From contig OZ193909.1 in NCBI GenBank assembly GCA_964276515.1, positions 1,302,001 to 1,366,000 on the forward strand: a DNA stretch of 64,000 nucleotides, written 5' to 3'. Source of the stretch: Gordius albopunctatus. Lineage: Eukaryota. Below, piece by piece: positions 1-13,518 of the stretch. Positions within the stretch are counted from its first letter, which is position 1, and every line of letters starts with the position of its first letter. The notes under the pieces are model-generated. The model made no database searches and had not been told where the DNA came from. It saw only the letters and a program-made list of their open reading frames with translations. The position numbers and the translations under genes were made by a program.

Positions 1-3000
1 ACCAACTCCTTTTATAGCAGGTTTGATATTGCTCTTATTATCTTCAATTTATAGGCCGAGAGGTTTGTGGACAAGTCTTAGAGGTGGGGGAAGATGTTAA
101 ATTATTAAGGAAGGGTGATAAAGTTTTTGGTTTTTTACCAGAGGGTGGTGGATTTACTAATGAAGCAGTTCTTCCAAAGCAGGTTATACAGGGTATATTG
201 TCTGTTTTTATTAATTATTTTCAAGACTATTTGCGTATATAAAATTTATTAAAATAGAATTGTTTTGTGATCCCACAATCAATGGACTATAAAATTGGAA
301 GTGCAATGTACACTTCATACTTAACAGCCTATCTTGGGCTAGTTCACAGAGCACAAATAAAGCCGAGGTTAGTTTGATTGTTATCCTAAAATAATTTTTT
401 TATATTCTTAACTTAAAATATAATTGTTTTTTAATGAAATTTTTTGAGTTAAGGAACAATATCTTGTTTTAACATTTTTGGGATTTCACAAAATATTACA
501 TTTGAATCTTTTAGAATGAGATCGTTTATTTGATATTAAAAAACATATAAATATTGGTAAGAACTTTAAAAAATTAATTTTTTATATTTTTATATAAAGT
601 TTAAAAAGCATAATATATCACCAAAAATGATAAAATTTCAATTATTTGAAAATTACAATACTCTTTTAATGGTTAAAAAGTTTATTTGCTAAATCAGTGA
701 TAAGGTTTTGATAACTGGAGCTGGAGGTGCAGTTGGCCTTGCAGCTGTAGACCTGTGTGCCAACGTCTACAAATCAAAGGTTTAAAGTTATTTTTTCAAA
801 TTGAATAGATTATACACAAATTATTCTTAGGGTTTGTTAAAAAAATTGCTAAGTTTGTTGTACATAGTCTTGTAAAAATGGTTGGGTTTTGTTTCATCGC
901 CAGGCGCGTAGCCAGGATTTTCTCAAGGGGCCAGAAAAATTCAAAAAATATTTCGACACTTTTATTTATAATATAACAAAAATAAACTTCCGGTACAATA
1001 TATGCGAAACTTCAAGTCGCTATATAAGCAGCTTTGGAAAAATCTTTTCTTCATTAATCAGAGCATTTACTATCGCTTTTATACCTTAAAAAGGACATCG
1101 GCCTCATGCATTTATTCAACTGGCAGAAAATATGATCATTTAGGTTAAATTAAAAAATGGCGGAAACCAAAGCAAAATTATACAGTCACTACTCAATCTG
1201 TTTACTTGACATTTAGTGGATTACAGCTAAATGGACGGTGCTTAGAAAAAAACAACAAGTTTTAGCTAATTTCCAAATACTCTTTATACAAAATTCAATT
1301 TTACCTGAAACAGAAAGGAATTCCGTAGCCCAATTTTATTCAAATGAATCAATTCAAAGTGAAGGTACATCGCGATGTCCATGTTATGGGTCTATAAAAT
1401 GATGTTTATTTTTCTTTTACCCTGCGATATTTTATCAAGAATCTCATCTGAAATGGGAGCTAATTCCCCATGAATTGTTAACAAAGCTAATCCATTTAAT
1501 TGATTTGTGGCCATAATATTTCTTAAATACGTTTTCAACCTTCTGAGCGTCGAACAACTTGTCTCATTAGGGCATGTAGTTACAGGGAGACAAGCCAGTA
1601 TGTATAAAAATGTGGTAACATTTGGTAATGAATTTAATATAGTCTTAAATGTAGAGAGTGCGTTGAGGGCATTTTTGGGACGAGATGCCTCTGGCGTTTG
1701 GGACATTAACTCTAAAAATAAACTAAAAAAGATAAAATTTTAGACTTTAGAATAGTTGAGGCATTTTCATCAATATTATTGTTTGAAACAATAGGTGTGA
1801 GTGTTTCCATTGAATCTTCACCATTGGACAAATTTAAATCCTCTAGAAATTTTTAAAATTGGCAATGTAATCACAATATTTATAACAATTAATATATATA
1901 AGAAATCAATACTGTATAAACATAAAATAAAAGCCTAATTCACTTACTGGAAATACCAGGGTTTGGTATTTTAAGGGAGAAAAATTTTTGTATAGAATTC
2001 TTCATAATTTACAACTCTTCGCTGCAATCATACGTACATACATGCATATGCATACATGCATACAATCTACAATCAATGGTGGAAAATTATAATGTTGGGG
2101 TGCAAGTCGAAAATTAAATTCTAAAAATTGAATGTAGTATATATTGTGATGTTTCCAGACTTTTATACGCGTGTCTCAAAATCTTTTATGCAACTAAACT
2201 ATAATATTTTAACCCATTTAATCTAATTTTATTAAACAACAAAACAAAAAATGTCAAAATTTGGTCGTTTCTGGCCCCTTGGCTACGCGCCTGTTCATCG
2301 CTCTTTGGTTTTAGTAGATAAGCAGATCAAAGGCTTGACCAAAAAACCATTGGTCTGTTCATTCGACTAAGGGCTTTTCTTAGTATCGGATTACTTAACA
2401 AAGTCAGAGCCGTAATATGGATCAGAGGTCAGATTTGCTTAAATTTTTTTGCCCCAACCCGGCCCGGTCGAATTTTTTAACTAAATTGCCCACCCGGGCC
2501 CGCCCGAACCCTTTTAGGTGTCCGCCATGACGATTTTTAAAATTTTTACCGATGCCGATTCCTCAAACAAACAGCAAAATTTATAAGCTCCATCACACAC
2601 GATCCCAAAGAATTTTTCTAGATCAAGCAGAAAGTCAGCATGGAAATTGTGAAATCTAATACAATCTCAATCCATGGTTCGATGCCAGCTTATTAATTTT
2701 ATATATTTTAGCATATAACATCATACATAATTATTTGGAAATAAACTTTGATTGATTAAAAAAAATTTTTTTTTGTTAAATTTCATTTTCTATTTTTTGG
2801 GGGATAAGAACTACGATTAATAGATATTATAGAATCAGTTAAGTTACAAAATAATACACCAAAACAAAATAACGGACTATATAAAAATTTTCATTTTGCC
2901 CGAATCTAGTTATGGTGCCCGCTTCCGCCCTAAGGTCTAATTTTACGAGAGTTCGGGCCTGGCCGGGCTTTTCTGATCTCTGATATACATTTGTTTGGCC

Positions 3001-4433
3001 GACCTTTAGATTTAGTCGATTAAATATAGACGGACCAAAGCTTTTTTGGTTCTTCTTGGTCGAAATTTGAAAAAGAGACCAGAATCGATCCTAAGTCTTA
3101 GTAAATCAAAGGTCGACTAGCCGCTTTTACAACCCTAATATTAAACTTAATTTAAAATGTATCTAAATTGATTGAAGTTTTTTAGAAACACAGCTAATTA
3201 AAAGGATCCTCTATCGTCTGCATTACAAATTTTAATTTCATTAACCTAGTGTTAAAAAGGATAATTTAAGTTTATATTAATTAAAATTAAATTTCATAAA
3301 ATTGAATTGAAAGGTGATTGGGGTAACGGGCAGTGCTGAAAAAAGTCAGGCCATTCGTGACAAGGGCGCTTTCGCTACGATCGAATATGAAAAGGAAAAA
3401 ATAAAGGAAAGCGTTGCCTCCCTGACAGATAAAAAGGGTGTTGACATAGCTTTTGATACGATAGGTGGACACATATTCCAAGATTGCCTCAAAAGGTGAG
3501 CCTAAACACATGGGCTTAGCCAGGGCTCTAAATTAAAAAATCCATTGAAATTTATTAAAAATATGGGGCTAAAATTTAAGAAATTATCATTTTGCCCCTC
3601 TCTAAAACATGATTGCCCCCCCTCTAATTTATAAGCCAGTCCTCCCTCGTCTGTCTTGTCTTGTCCTTGAACGATTTTTGCGATTAAAGTTATTAATGAA
3701 TGTTCGATTGGTAATCAATAGTTAAATAAATGTAGGTACTCGTTATAAATTACATCTATTTTTTAGGATAAATTTATTTTTATTCATTCGAAGGCTAACA
3801 ATATATATATATATATATATATATGGAGCCATATATTGGTATAAAAGTTATAGATTATCGTCTTGGACCTCAAGGATGTATTTAAGGTAGTATCTTTGGC
3901 TATTAAGAGTAATAGTCTGATAAAATCTTTTAATTTGAGACAATTTTTACCTGTTTTCCTGTAAATCTTTAATTTAGACGCTTTTATATTAAAGAAATGT
4001 ATTTTTTCCCTTTTAATGTATTTTAGCCTGTCTTTCGACGGTCGCCTGCTGGTTGTCGGGTTCGCTTCGGGTCAGATTCCCGACATAAAAGCCAATTACA
4101 TTTTGGTGAAGAGCAATACCATCATAGGATACACCATGACGAATTACTTTTACCGAAAACCGGAGCTATACAAGCAAGCTTTCGAAGAAATAACTAAACT
4201 TTGGGAACAAAACATCATAGAACCCGTTATAGCGGAGCAAACATTTTCTCTAAATCAAGTAACTTGATATTTACCAGATTGCATTTTAAAATTTTTATGC
4301 CCGTATTTTGCAGATCAACGATGCCGCGGAGTATGTAAAGGGAAGAAAAGCTATCGGAAAAGTAATTATAACCTTGGACCCCCCTCAACCACCCCCCGAA
4401 AAAGTAGTCGAGGGAAAAACTAAAACATCATAA
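1..4433 (+). CDS. MDR-superfamily NADPH:quinone oxidoreductase-like protein (zeta-crystallin/QOR-like), 5'-truncated by window; exons <1-20, 55-182, 258-367, 698-779, 3314-3495, 4027-4258, 4314-4433
   Basis: Hand-spliced GT-AG exons read PTPFIAG-REVCGQVLEVGEDV..GDKVFG, YTSYLTAYLGL, Rossmann motif VLITGAGGAVGLAAV, KGVDIAFDTIGG, DGRLLVVGFASGQIP, RKAIGKVII; stop TAA at 4431-4433; AATAAA near 4530. Confidence 0.9.
901..2293 (-). mobile_element. Non-autonomous hAT transposon retaining a C-terminal dimerisation-domain remnant
   Basis: TIR CAGGCGCGTAGCCA...TGGCTACGCGCCTG; 8-bp TSD TTCATCGC (893-900, 2294-2301); ORF 1392-1706 has PVTTCPNETSCSTLRRLKTYLR..LNGLALLTIH. Confidence 0.92.
2423..2982. mobile_element. 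Degenerate hAT-like MITE
   Basis: Imperfect TIR CAGAGGTCAGA / TCTGATCTCTG; CCCGG-rich subterminal motifs; flanks ATATGGAT / ATATACAT (6/8 match). Confidence 0.5.
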
Positions 4434-6089
4434 TGTGGACCAGTTTGCAAAAACTATCATCAAATCTCGGATTGTTACTAGCTTATTTAGTTCCTTCTTG
4501 AATCGTGGTGATCATCTATTATAAAACCGAAATAAAAAGCAGTAAATAATATTTCGAGTTTCACTTAGAACTTAATACAATTGGTAGCATTCGCGAATTT
4601 TATAAAATTCCTTTATTATTTCAAAAGTCTGACACATATATTTATGTGAACATATAAAAAATCTCTAAATTTTTATAAAAGGCCTAGAATCAGTTAATGC
4701 TTTATAGCAACTTTTAAAAACAGCTGGGTTTTGTCTGGCCGACCTTTGGTTTTAGAGGACTAAACTTAAGCAGACCAAAGGTTTTTTTAAATCTTTTTTA
4801 GTATAAAGAGGAAGGGGGTGGAATATCACGGTTCAAGGCTTCCCCAAATTTCTATAAAAATCATAAAACGACGTTGAAAATAAAACATTAGAAGCCGAAA
4901 AGGCAGAAAGTAGGCTTTAAAGGGAAACACTTGTGATGTGTTTTAATATTAAGACATTACCAGGAGATAGAATATTTTTTTTTGTTAAAAAGTTTATTTT
5001 CAAGAAACAAAGTTACATTAATAAGCGAAATACAAAAATAAAGACATATTGGTTAAATACAAAGATCTATATCATCCGGCAAAGGATTTAAAGTTGTATC
5101 GTGCAACAAGAATCCCTAGTTGTTGCCTGAGTAAAGTTTTAATGTGCATATTATTTTTTTTAATACTGTCCTATTTTCGTGAATAAATACTTAAATAATA
5201 AACAAATATTAGCCAAGATTATTTCTTTTTTTGGGGGGAGGGTGGGGGTAGGGGGATGCATTTTTATGAAAACATTTTCATATCACAACACCTTTAATTT
5301 TATTACCCAAGTTCCTTTTTAAATGCATCTTTTTATAATTAAAAAAACTATACTCAACATGTTTTTCGGCTATTTTCATGATTGTTGTGAATCTTAAACT
5401 CTCGAGACGCTCAATTTATCATCCATAACATAATGGGGGGGGGGGGGATAAGGTGGTAGCGGTTTGACTACTGGAGTTTGGTGGATACAATGAAGTGATG
5501 TTCCAGCAGATATGAACATGGGCGTTACCAGAGGGAGTCAGGGACGGAGAGCCTCCTACCCCCTTATATCCTAAAATTCCTTAAAATTTAATAACATATG
5601 GTTGAAATTAAAAAAACAACATTTTATGCCTCTCTATAAACTATACTAGCGACACACTGCTGAGTTATGACATTAGTTTTACATATAGTTAAAAAGAATT
5701 ATATAAATATATTAGCTTTTTGCCACAAACCTCACACATAAGGATTAGGATGCTGTAAATCTACTTACGAGGGAATGTGCTAGCCAGTGTCCTGACCTAA
5801 GGCTGTTTCTGTTCGATACCTCACGTCATGAATTTTTAGAAGCAAACCCTAGTCGTCTCTCTGAAATGAAAATGGACGATTCAGATCTTCCTCAAACCTG
5901 CTATAAGAATAGGCGATTTAAGAAATCATTTAATTGTCTCAATCGCGTTTTACACGTAGATGAACAAGCCACACAGCTGTTACACTAAAAAGAATTTAAA
6001 TGTGCTGAGCTAAAGAACGAAAATCCTATCTATCTTAGAGGCAGAAGACCCGTTCTTAAAAGGGACTTATGCGCTCCGAGGGGTTCTTG

Positions 6090-6665
6090 TAGTTCCCGCA
6101 TCACAAAATGTCACAGGTATCATAAGGATATCTCAAAAAATTTACATGTGCTAAATTATTGCCTGTTACGACCGCGCATCTAAAAATGTCACAGGTATCA
6201 TAAGGATATCTCAAAAAAAATTTACATGTGCTGAATTGTTCCATTGGTCAGTACCAAGAGACGGTCTATTAATACATAAGAGTCAAAAAAACGAAAAAAA
6301 AATTTCGATTCACTCTTTGGCCAATGGTCATTTTTTTCATTAGTCAGTACCAACAGATGGTCTATAAATCAATGTTAGCCAAAAAAAACGAAAAAAAAAA
6401 ATTTCGATTCACACTTTGGCCGATGGTCATTTTTTCCATTGGTCAGCAGCCAGCGGACGGCCAAAAAGTCATATTATCAATGGTAAACAAAATATAAATT
6501 TTTTTGGCCGCCCTGGGTATCGAACCCCATATCTAGAGAGGCAAAAGCGTTAAGCGTGTGTAGATGCGGTGGCGTTACACGTTCGGTGCGTGACATGACG
6601 GTGCGTTACACTTCGGTGCGTTACTTCGGAAAATGGAAAGTGAGCCCATAAATTGCATAGCAATT
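6090..6665 (-). mobile_element. Partial copy of the Helentron/DINE-1-like family also found at 32837-34527
   Basis: Reverse complement of the same 5' end (AATTGCTATGCAATTTATGG...CTTTCCATTTT) at ~6630-6665 and the same ~78-bp GAAAAAATGACCATTGGCCAAA tandem units in opposite orientation. Confidence 0.65.
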
Positions 6666-7225
6666 AATAATGAAAGAATAATCGGATTGTTTTTATCGCA
6701 CTTAATATAATATAAGCTTTCCCTTTTCGACAGCTTTAAATGTTAAATTACCAGAACAAATTAAAAAAGGTAAATATATATATATATTGAGAGTTTCCAT
6801 TTTTTATTAACACCTTCATACATATTTAGACTTAAAAACAAAGCTGGTTATGGTACATGTATGACATTTATTGTTTATTTGTACGAGGCAATTTTTAAAG
6901 GAGTTAATATTTGTAATAAACATTTATCGGTTTCTATAAAATCTCAAATTGAAGTTTGCGTGAAATTTATAACACTCAACAACACATGCTTACCCAATGC
7001 TTAGCTACATAAAGAAACAACTCTAGAATATTATTAGGTTATAAATTTCATTGAACTTTTAGATCGAAGTAAAACTGTATTTAGGCAAATATATAATAAC
7101 AGTTAGTGCTCTTTGAATCAACATTGGTGTTAAACAAATATCTAAAAAGTTAATAAATTCAACAGGATTTCTATACACGGATCACTGTCAACTTTCGGCC
7201 GTACATTTTCCCTGTATAAAAACGC

Positions 7226-8803
7226 TTATATATCATATATTTGTTTAATGGTGTCTTTAATCCTTGCCATTAACCTATCCCTATAAATTAAAGTTGATAC
7301 GTCACGAATTAAGGGCGATGGCCCTATTTCTTTATCCACTAACATTGGAATTCTGTAATGTCTGTTAAGCGCTAATTCAATCGGAACTCTACATCGTCTA
7401 AAAGTGCGGTAAACAAATTTCCTAGTTAAATGATTCCCCATTTCATCAATGAGATCCGGGATTACAATCTCTTTAGATCTTATGTTCCTGGTGTAAATAT
7501 GGGTTTGTCGCCAAAGACAGGACATCGTTAACAGAGGACTACCTCCCTCTTCTTTGAGTTTAGGGGAATCATTATCTGAACAAATAGTAGTGTCGTAAAA
7601 AACGTTCCTAAATTGAAAACTCCCGCACATCTTACCCTTGTAAGTTTTATTTATCCGACTCAAAAATGAAAGTAGCGTAATAGGAATGGAAAGGTCCAAT
7701 TCTTGACCCAAAGCAGTCGGGAGTAAAAATTCATCTATGTCTACTACTGCAACGTAACTTGATTGGCGTTTGTATCGGTAAACGCAATCTTGAAAAGCAG
7801 CAGTTTGGCCGTCCAAAAAAATTCTTTCAGTTCTAGGAAGTGACTCTTGAGGTAGATTCCATTGGATCGTTTCCATCAAGCCTGAATTCTCGTAATAACG
7901 GAGAATTTTGTTAACTAGGGGTGACGTGTCGTGTATGTACAGTGTAAAGTGAGATGCACCTAAGAGTCTATACATCTCGACAAACTCGATTAGTCTAGAA
8001 CCATTGCCTAAATTTCCGTAGAGCGGTTTAACGCACACAGCTAATTTAGTAGCATTTCTATCTTTAGTGTAATATTCCTCTTTGATTTTAGATTCTAAAG
8101 CTTGTAGATGCGCGTATTTTTGGTCGGGAGCAAAAGATAACATTTTTAAGCCTGCTGATTGTTCTATATGATCCCCGAAGGTTACTGGCATGAGTACAAA
8201 ATTATTTTGATTTTCAATCGAAAAATTGTGGCCAATAGATTTTATCATAACGGCGATGAGTTTGTAATAGGAATTGGGATCCAAAGAATTGACGTGACCT
8301 AGTTGGCAATCCAAAAAAACTGTTTTATAAGGCTTATTCCTGTGCTCGTACAGAAGTCTGACGCTTAAGGGGATCTTGACCAACTCGATCAGCCCTGTGG
8401 AAGATTTACCGTATGTGAAGCATTCCATCTGTTTAACATTAAACTCATCGTTTATAAGGGATATGATACGAATGGAATGATTACTCCTCACGACATCGGA
8501 AATGTAATAGGCCGATAGGAGAAAGAGAGATGTAATATTTGGACCTAAACGCTGCCAGGAAGTCTGATTCAAGAGATTCTTAATATCTTGATGCTTTATA
8601 CTTAAGCTAGGCAGGGGTTCTAATTTTAATGCGATTTTTGGAATCTGTTTGATTGGCGATGTATTTGTAAGAGTAACGATAGAATCATGGATAGAATGGT
8701 TAGTTACCCAAGTTATGGAAACGAGAATCATTGCAGAATACAACGTGAATGTGATGAGTTCTCTGGATAATAAATCACTGATATAGTAATGTAGAGTAGT
8801 CAT
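7226..8803 (-). CDS. Glycosyltransferase family 92 (DUF23, galactosyltransferase-like), type II membrane protein, single coding exon
   Basis: 525-aa ORF with N-terminal TM anchor, AVCVKPLY, LIEFVEMYRLLGASHFTLY, GQTAAFQDCVYR, DxD motif VVDIDEF, RSKEIV, HYR. Confidence 0.9.
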   Translation of the reverse strand: MTTLHYYISDLLSRELITFTLYSAMILVSITWVTNHSIHDSIVTLTNTSPIKQIPKIALKLEPLPSLSIKHQDIKNLLNQTSWQRLGPNITSLFLLSAYYISDVVRSNHSIRIISLINDEFNVKQMECFTYGKSSTGLIELVKIPLSVRLLYEHRNKPYKTVFLDCQLGHVNSLDPNSYYKLIAVMIKSIGHNFSIENQNNFVLMPVTFGDHIEQSAGLKMLSFAPDQKYAHLQALESKIKEEYYTKDRNATKLAVCVKPLYGNLGNGSRLIEFVEMYRLLGASHFTLYIHDTSPLVNKILRYYENSGLMETIQWNLPQESLPRTERIFLDGQTAAFQDCVYRYKRQSSYVAVVDIDEFLLPTALGQELDLSIPITLLSFLSRINKTYKGKMCGSFQFRNVFYDTTICSDNDSPKLKEEGGSPLLTMSCLWRQTHIYTRNIRSKEIVIPDLIDEMGNHLTRKFVYRTFRRCRVPIELALNRHYRIPMLVDKEIGPSPLIRDVSTLIYRDRLMARIKDTIKQIYDI

Positions 8804-10227
8804 TAAGCATTACGCACCTCCAATTATAAAAATTTTCTGTTATATAATGAATGACCTGTATACTTCCAATTGTCAAAAATATTTTATGCCCAATTAAATT
8901 ATAATAAATTTCATCTTGGTTATGAGTTAACGACAATGGCATCCTCCTAGTTTAAGCTTTAAAAAATTCTTTAAATTTATAAACAAAATAAAGTTTTACT
9001 CTTTAAAGCATCGCAATTATATTAGCATTATTTTTATAAAGACTTAATTAACCTATAACGTTTTTGTAAATGAATAATTGACCCTTAAAAACTTGCTTTT
9101 GACCTTTAGATAGTTATACGAAATATCACTTTTACGAGGTACATTATAGGTTATGGTGTTTTTATAATAATGTTATTTTCTCATATTAATGGTCTACGTT
9201 CACAGTTATAGTGTAAATAGCATATTGTTATTTACTTTATCTTCATCATATTTTAAGTTATTACCTTTTCCATTAACAACCTAACATTTTTAAAAAGTCG
9301 ATTTGGTCTTTTTATCACTTAAAAAACAATCAATATACATTTTCCTTCGCATACTTATAATTTATTTAAAAACTATTTTTTCATTTCAGGCGGGTTTATG
9401 AGGTTAGTTAATTCTGGACTTTAGAGTCTTACTAAATTTAGATTTTTAAATCGAAACTTACATTCAAATTTTACTATGAAAAAACCTTTGCTATATATTA
9501 CGTAATCAACTTACTTTAAACGTGTCTTCAACCGCATGTTGGGAATTAATAATATGTGATAAAGTCTAATTTGCAAAATTAAAATTATTTTGTTTCAAAA
9601 GAAGCTCAAAGAGCCTATTGATGTCACAAAAAACGTTGACAACTCTAATGTCATTTTTTGCGAAAGAGGCATCATTAGCCCACGCTAATTACATTGCCTT
9701 CAAGGAACATTTTTTCGCATATTTTGGCACGACATACAAGCTAAATTACCATCAAAAATACTTCATACATAGGCGTCTTTATAATACCCACAAAATGTCA
9801 TGATTTGCTTACTAGTTTAAAAATGTTTATAATTATCCCAATGAGCGTAGGCAATAATAATTTAAGTAGGGACAAAATGATATATTTTTTTTGGAAATTT
9901 TGGTCATATTTATATTAAATTTTAAAGGATTTTTAAATTTAGAGGGGGGCAGCTGCCCCTTCCTGCCACCCTTTGGCTACACCCATGTTAATCCCGTCCA
10001 CCTCTTATACAAAATTTGGCATTTATACCTTCCCGAGGGAATTATCAAAAGGGAAATTTTAAGTGAAATTCGTAATAACTCCAAATGGGCATGGGCGAAA
10101 TAGGAGTATTTAAAAATAATAATGAAGCAAAATTGATGTTTTTAAAATGTCTCGTATTTGATTTTTCTATATTAAGTTACAGGGGGCGAAGCCGTTTCTT
10201 TTTGTTTGCCTATCAGCGTCCGTACTC

Positions 10228-13200
10228 TTATTTAAGCAAACTACAGTTACATATTTCTGCACATATGTTTGCACTTAATAATTCTTTATACTTATAATTT
10301 CGCAGGTGAGCTAGAAAATAGTTGTGAAAATGGGAGTTTTTGCACGATTTTTAGATCATGTATCAGCATTACAGCCGGTAATTGTCGAGCTACAAGTTTT
10401 TCGTATTTTCGAAAATGATCTGCTATGAAAATATATGTGCTGAATTAGCGGAATCTATTTTGAAAGTCAAAAGAATATCCTATTTTGCTAATAGAGTGGT
10501 AGAGTTAAGTGATGTTATAATGGCTACTAGTGTTTCCGGTAAAAAATTTAATTGGCCCAAAGCTAATTTTGTAAATCATTTTTATTTTATACATCTTCAT
10601 ATTTAATGTTTTCCTTAGTTAGCGCGATCCTAAGATTATTAACATGTAAGTAGGATGATAGCCAACACAAACGTCTTTTATAGCAAACATGTTCGTTAGA
10701 AATATATCTCTACTGAGAAAAATAGGGTAAACTTGTTCGTTTAACTTATCTCCAGAAAATTTAATATTGGATTGGAATGCAATTATTTGCTTATGTAAAA
10801 TTTATTTAAGAGGCATGTCAAGTTTGCCATCAAAAAATCAATCTAATTATGTAGCATTATTAAATGTGTCGTCATTGATTCAAGACTTAATAAGTTGCCA
10901 CTTAAAAATGAAGTATATAGATATAATAAATTTTGAAAGTGGAGAAATTACACTTAAATGTACTTTTAAACATGAGGTTACAGAAATATTTATTTCATGT
11001 GAATTATTGATCAAAATTTAAAAAATATAAGTTTAAATTGAAAAAGACTTTGATTTAATTGCAAACCTATAAAATTTTTGGGCAGATCCCTATCATCACT
11101 TTAGCTACTACTAGATGAACCCCCGGCAAACGTTGATTTGCCATTTACCCGGGTGTATTAAATTATGTTGGAATTTTAGGGCATACATGATGATAAAGCG
11201 GTTATTGAAGTAAAAATAAAGTTTGATAAAAGAGGGTCCCAGGCCGACCCAAGAGATAAAACCTGGCCCCATGCCCCCCCCCCCCCTCCCAAAGGGAAAC
11301 ATCTTTGGCCCCCTGGCTCTTCAAGCAATTTTTTTTATATTTTTTTGTAATTAAGAAGCAATATCATAATTATTTGTTTCTGAATAAAACTTTTAATTCT
11401 GAACTTAATAATGTCCGAAGAACTGAGATATATCAACATTCATTGGCACTTTGTTAATTGTATTTTCATTTTTCTCCTTATTTAACGCGCAAAAAATGAC
11501 AAAATGAGATTTTTTATTTTATTTAGCCACGCAGGAGGAGACACGACCGTCCTATAATAATAATAATTGACGTGAAAAATAAGCAAAAAAATGACTTTGA
11601 TTCATGGGCGTACCCATCCACCCGCCCCCCTAATTAGTCAGGGGAGAGCAGGGAGGGCTGCGGGTCTCAGGAAAAATTTAGGAATTTAGTAGTGGAAGAC
11701 CTTTTTTTTGTTCTCATGAAAATTTTTGGATAGTCGAGAAAATTTTTTTTTTAAATCTGCCCCACCCCCCTAATTCAAAACCTGCTTATTATACAATAAT
11801 ACCATTATTTTATTTTTCTAGTTAGCTGATTTATTTCAAATACAATTTTCTTAAATATAATAAAATAATTAATTGAAGGATGGATAATTATTAAAACTAT
11901 GCTTCCATGATCGATCACGTGATAATAATTTAAATATTATTTATTTAATTTAAATAGTTTGTTAAACCCCAATAATTTTGACCGCATACTGTAACATTTT
12001 TATTATACTTTTAAATATCTAATTCGAGAAAACTTCAGCCTTTTATGTATGACGTCATTATTGTATATGCTGCTATAAATTAAACTGGCCGGGAAATGTC
12101 CGATATTTTTAAACGAAAAGGTATTTTAGAAATCTAAAAAAGCTATTTTACCCCTGGCTGCCCTGGGAACCTACGGGTAAAGTTTTGAGCGAATTGGGCC
12201 GGTAGTTTCAGAATTTGTCCCTTTTTTTAAACTAAAAGGAATTTTAGGATTCTGCAAAAGCTATTAATTTAAATTTTATTTATTTAATTTAAATAGTTGA
12301 TTAAACCCAAATATTTTTGACCGTATACTGTAAAATTTTTATTATAATTTTAAATATCTAATTCGAGAAAACTTCAGCCTTGTATATATGACGTCATTAT
12401 TGTATATGCTGCTATAAATTAAACTGGCCGGGAAATGTGCGATATTTTTGAAACGAAAAGGTATTTTAGGATCCTGAAAAAGCTATTTTACCCCTGGCAT
12501 CCCTGGGCATCTACGGCTAAATTTTCGCGCGAATCGGGCCGGTAGTTTTTGAATTAAGCCATTTTTTAAAACTAAAAGGCCCATATTTTTAAAACTAAAA
12601 ATTTTAGGATTCTGAAAAAGCTTTACCCCTGGCCGGCCTGGGCATCTATGGTTAAATTTTCGCGCGAATCGGGCCGGTAGTTTCAGAATTTAGCTCTTAC
12701 ATACATACGCACATATATATATACACATAGACTTTACTATATATATATAGATTTAGGCCCTTGGGCGTAGCCAGGGAAATGAAGGACCGGACAGCTGCCT
12801 CTCTCAGACTTTGCCAACACCTTTAATTGCATTTGGGGATTTCAAAATAAATTCATCTGAGGGTAGCCAACAAGGCGACCAACTATTTTGCTAAAGTACT
12901 TATAGATTAGTTAAAAACATATTGTACAAATGCGACTTTACATTAAATACTTGGTACTTAGACGATGCCACATTTGTTGCCACCAGCTAAATAACAAATT
13001 TTTAATCAGACTAACTTTTACTTAAAGTTTGCTTAATATTGACCTATAAATTAAATAATTTTTTAGATTGGGATTAATAAAAAATTAGTTTAATTCCTGT
13101 TTGCATACGATCATAAAATGCACCGGTGGCACGTTAATTTGCCAAAAACCATTTTGGCGAATTGAATGTCACAAGGTTAAAAAATGCCCCTTAACAAAAA

Positions 13201-13421
13201 AGTTTTTAAATCAATATATTTTCATAGCAGATCATTTTCGAAAATACGAAAAACTTGTAGCTCGACAATTACCTACTGTAATGCTGATACTTGATCAAAA
13301 AATCGTGCAAAAACTCCCATTTTCACAATTATTTTCTAGCTCATCTGCGAAATTAGAAGTAGAAAGAATTATTAAGTGCAAAAATATGTGTAGAAATATT
13401 AACTGTAGTTTGCTTAAATAA
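10228..13421. repeat. Pair of ~200-bp diverged inverted repeats (~10228-10435 and ~13215-13421), probable long TIRs of an old DNA transposon
   Basis: TTATTTAAGCAAACTACAGTTA...GAAAATGATCTGCTATGAAAATATA is the reverse complement, with scattered mismatches, of TATATTTTCATAGCAGATCATTTTCG...ACTGTAGTTTGCTTAAATAA. Confidence 0.75.
11818..12751 (-). mobile_element. Probable non-autonomous Helitron-like element with internal ~340-bp tandem duplication
   Basis: Units ~11930-12265 and ~12270-12620 are near-duplicates, followed by a partial third; the minus strand begins TCTATATATATATAG and a CTAG lies at 11818-11821. Confidence 0.45.
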
Positions 13422-13518
13422 GCTGAAAACTAAAAACGACTAGAATTTACTTTTTTTAGAACAAATTTATTTTTTAGAATATACACTATATTTAGCGTCT
13501 TTTCTATCACAATGAGGT

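Noticed and set aside
9618..11302. Short ORFs between GT92 and ASS
   Set aside because: AT-rich, repeat-derived, no motifs or splice-consistent structure.
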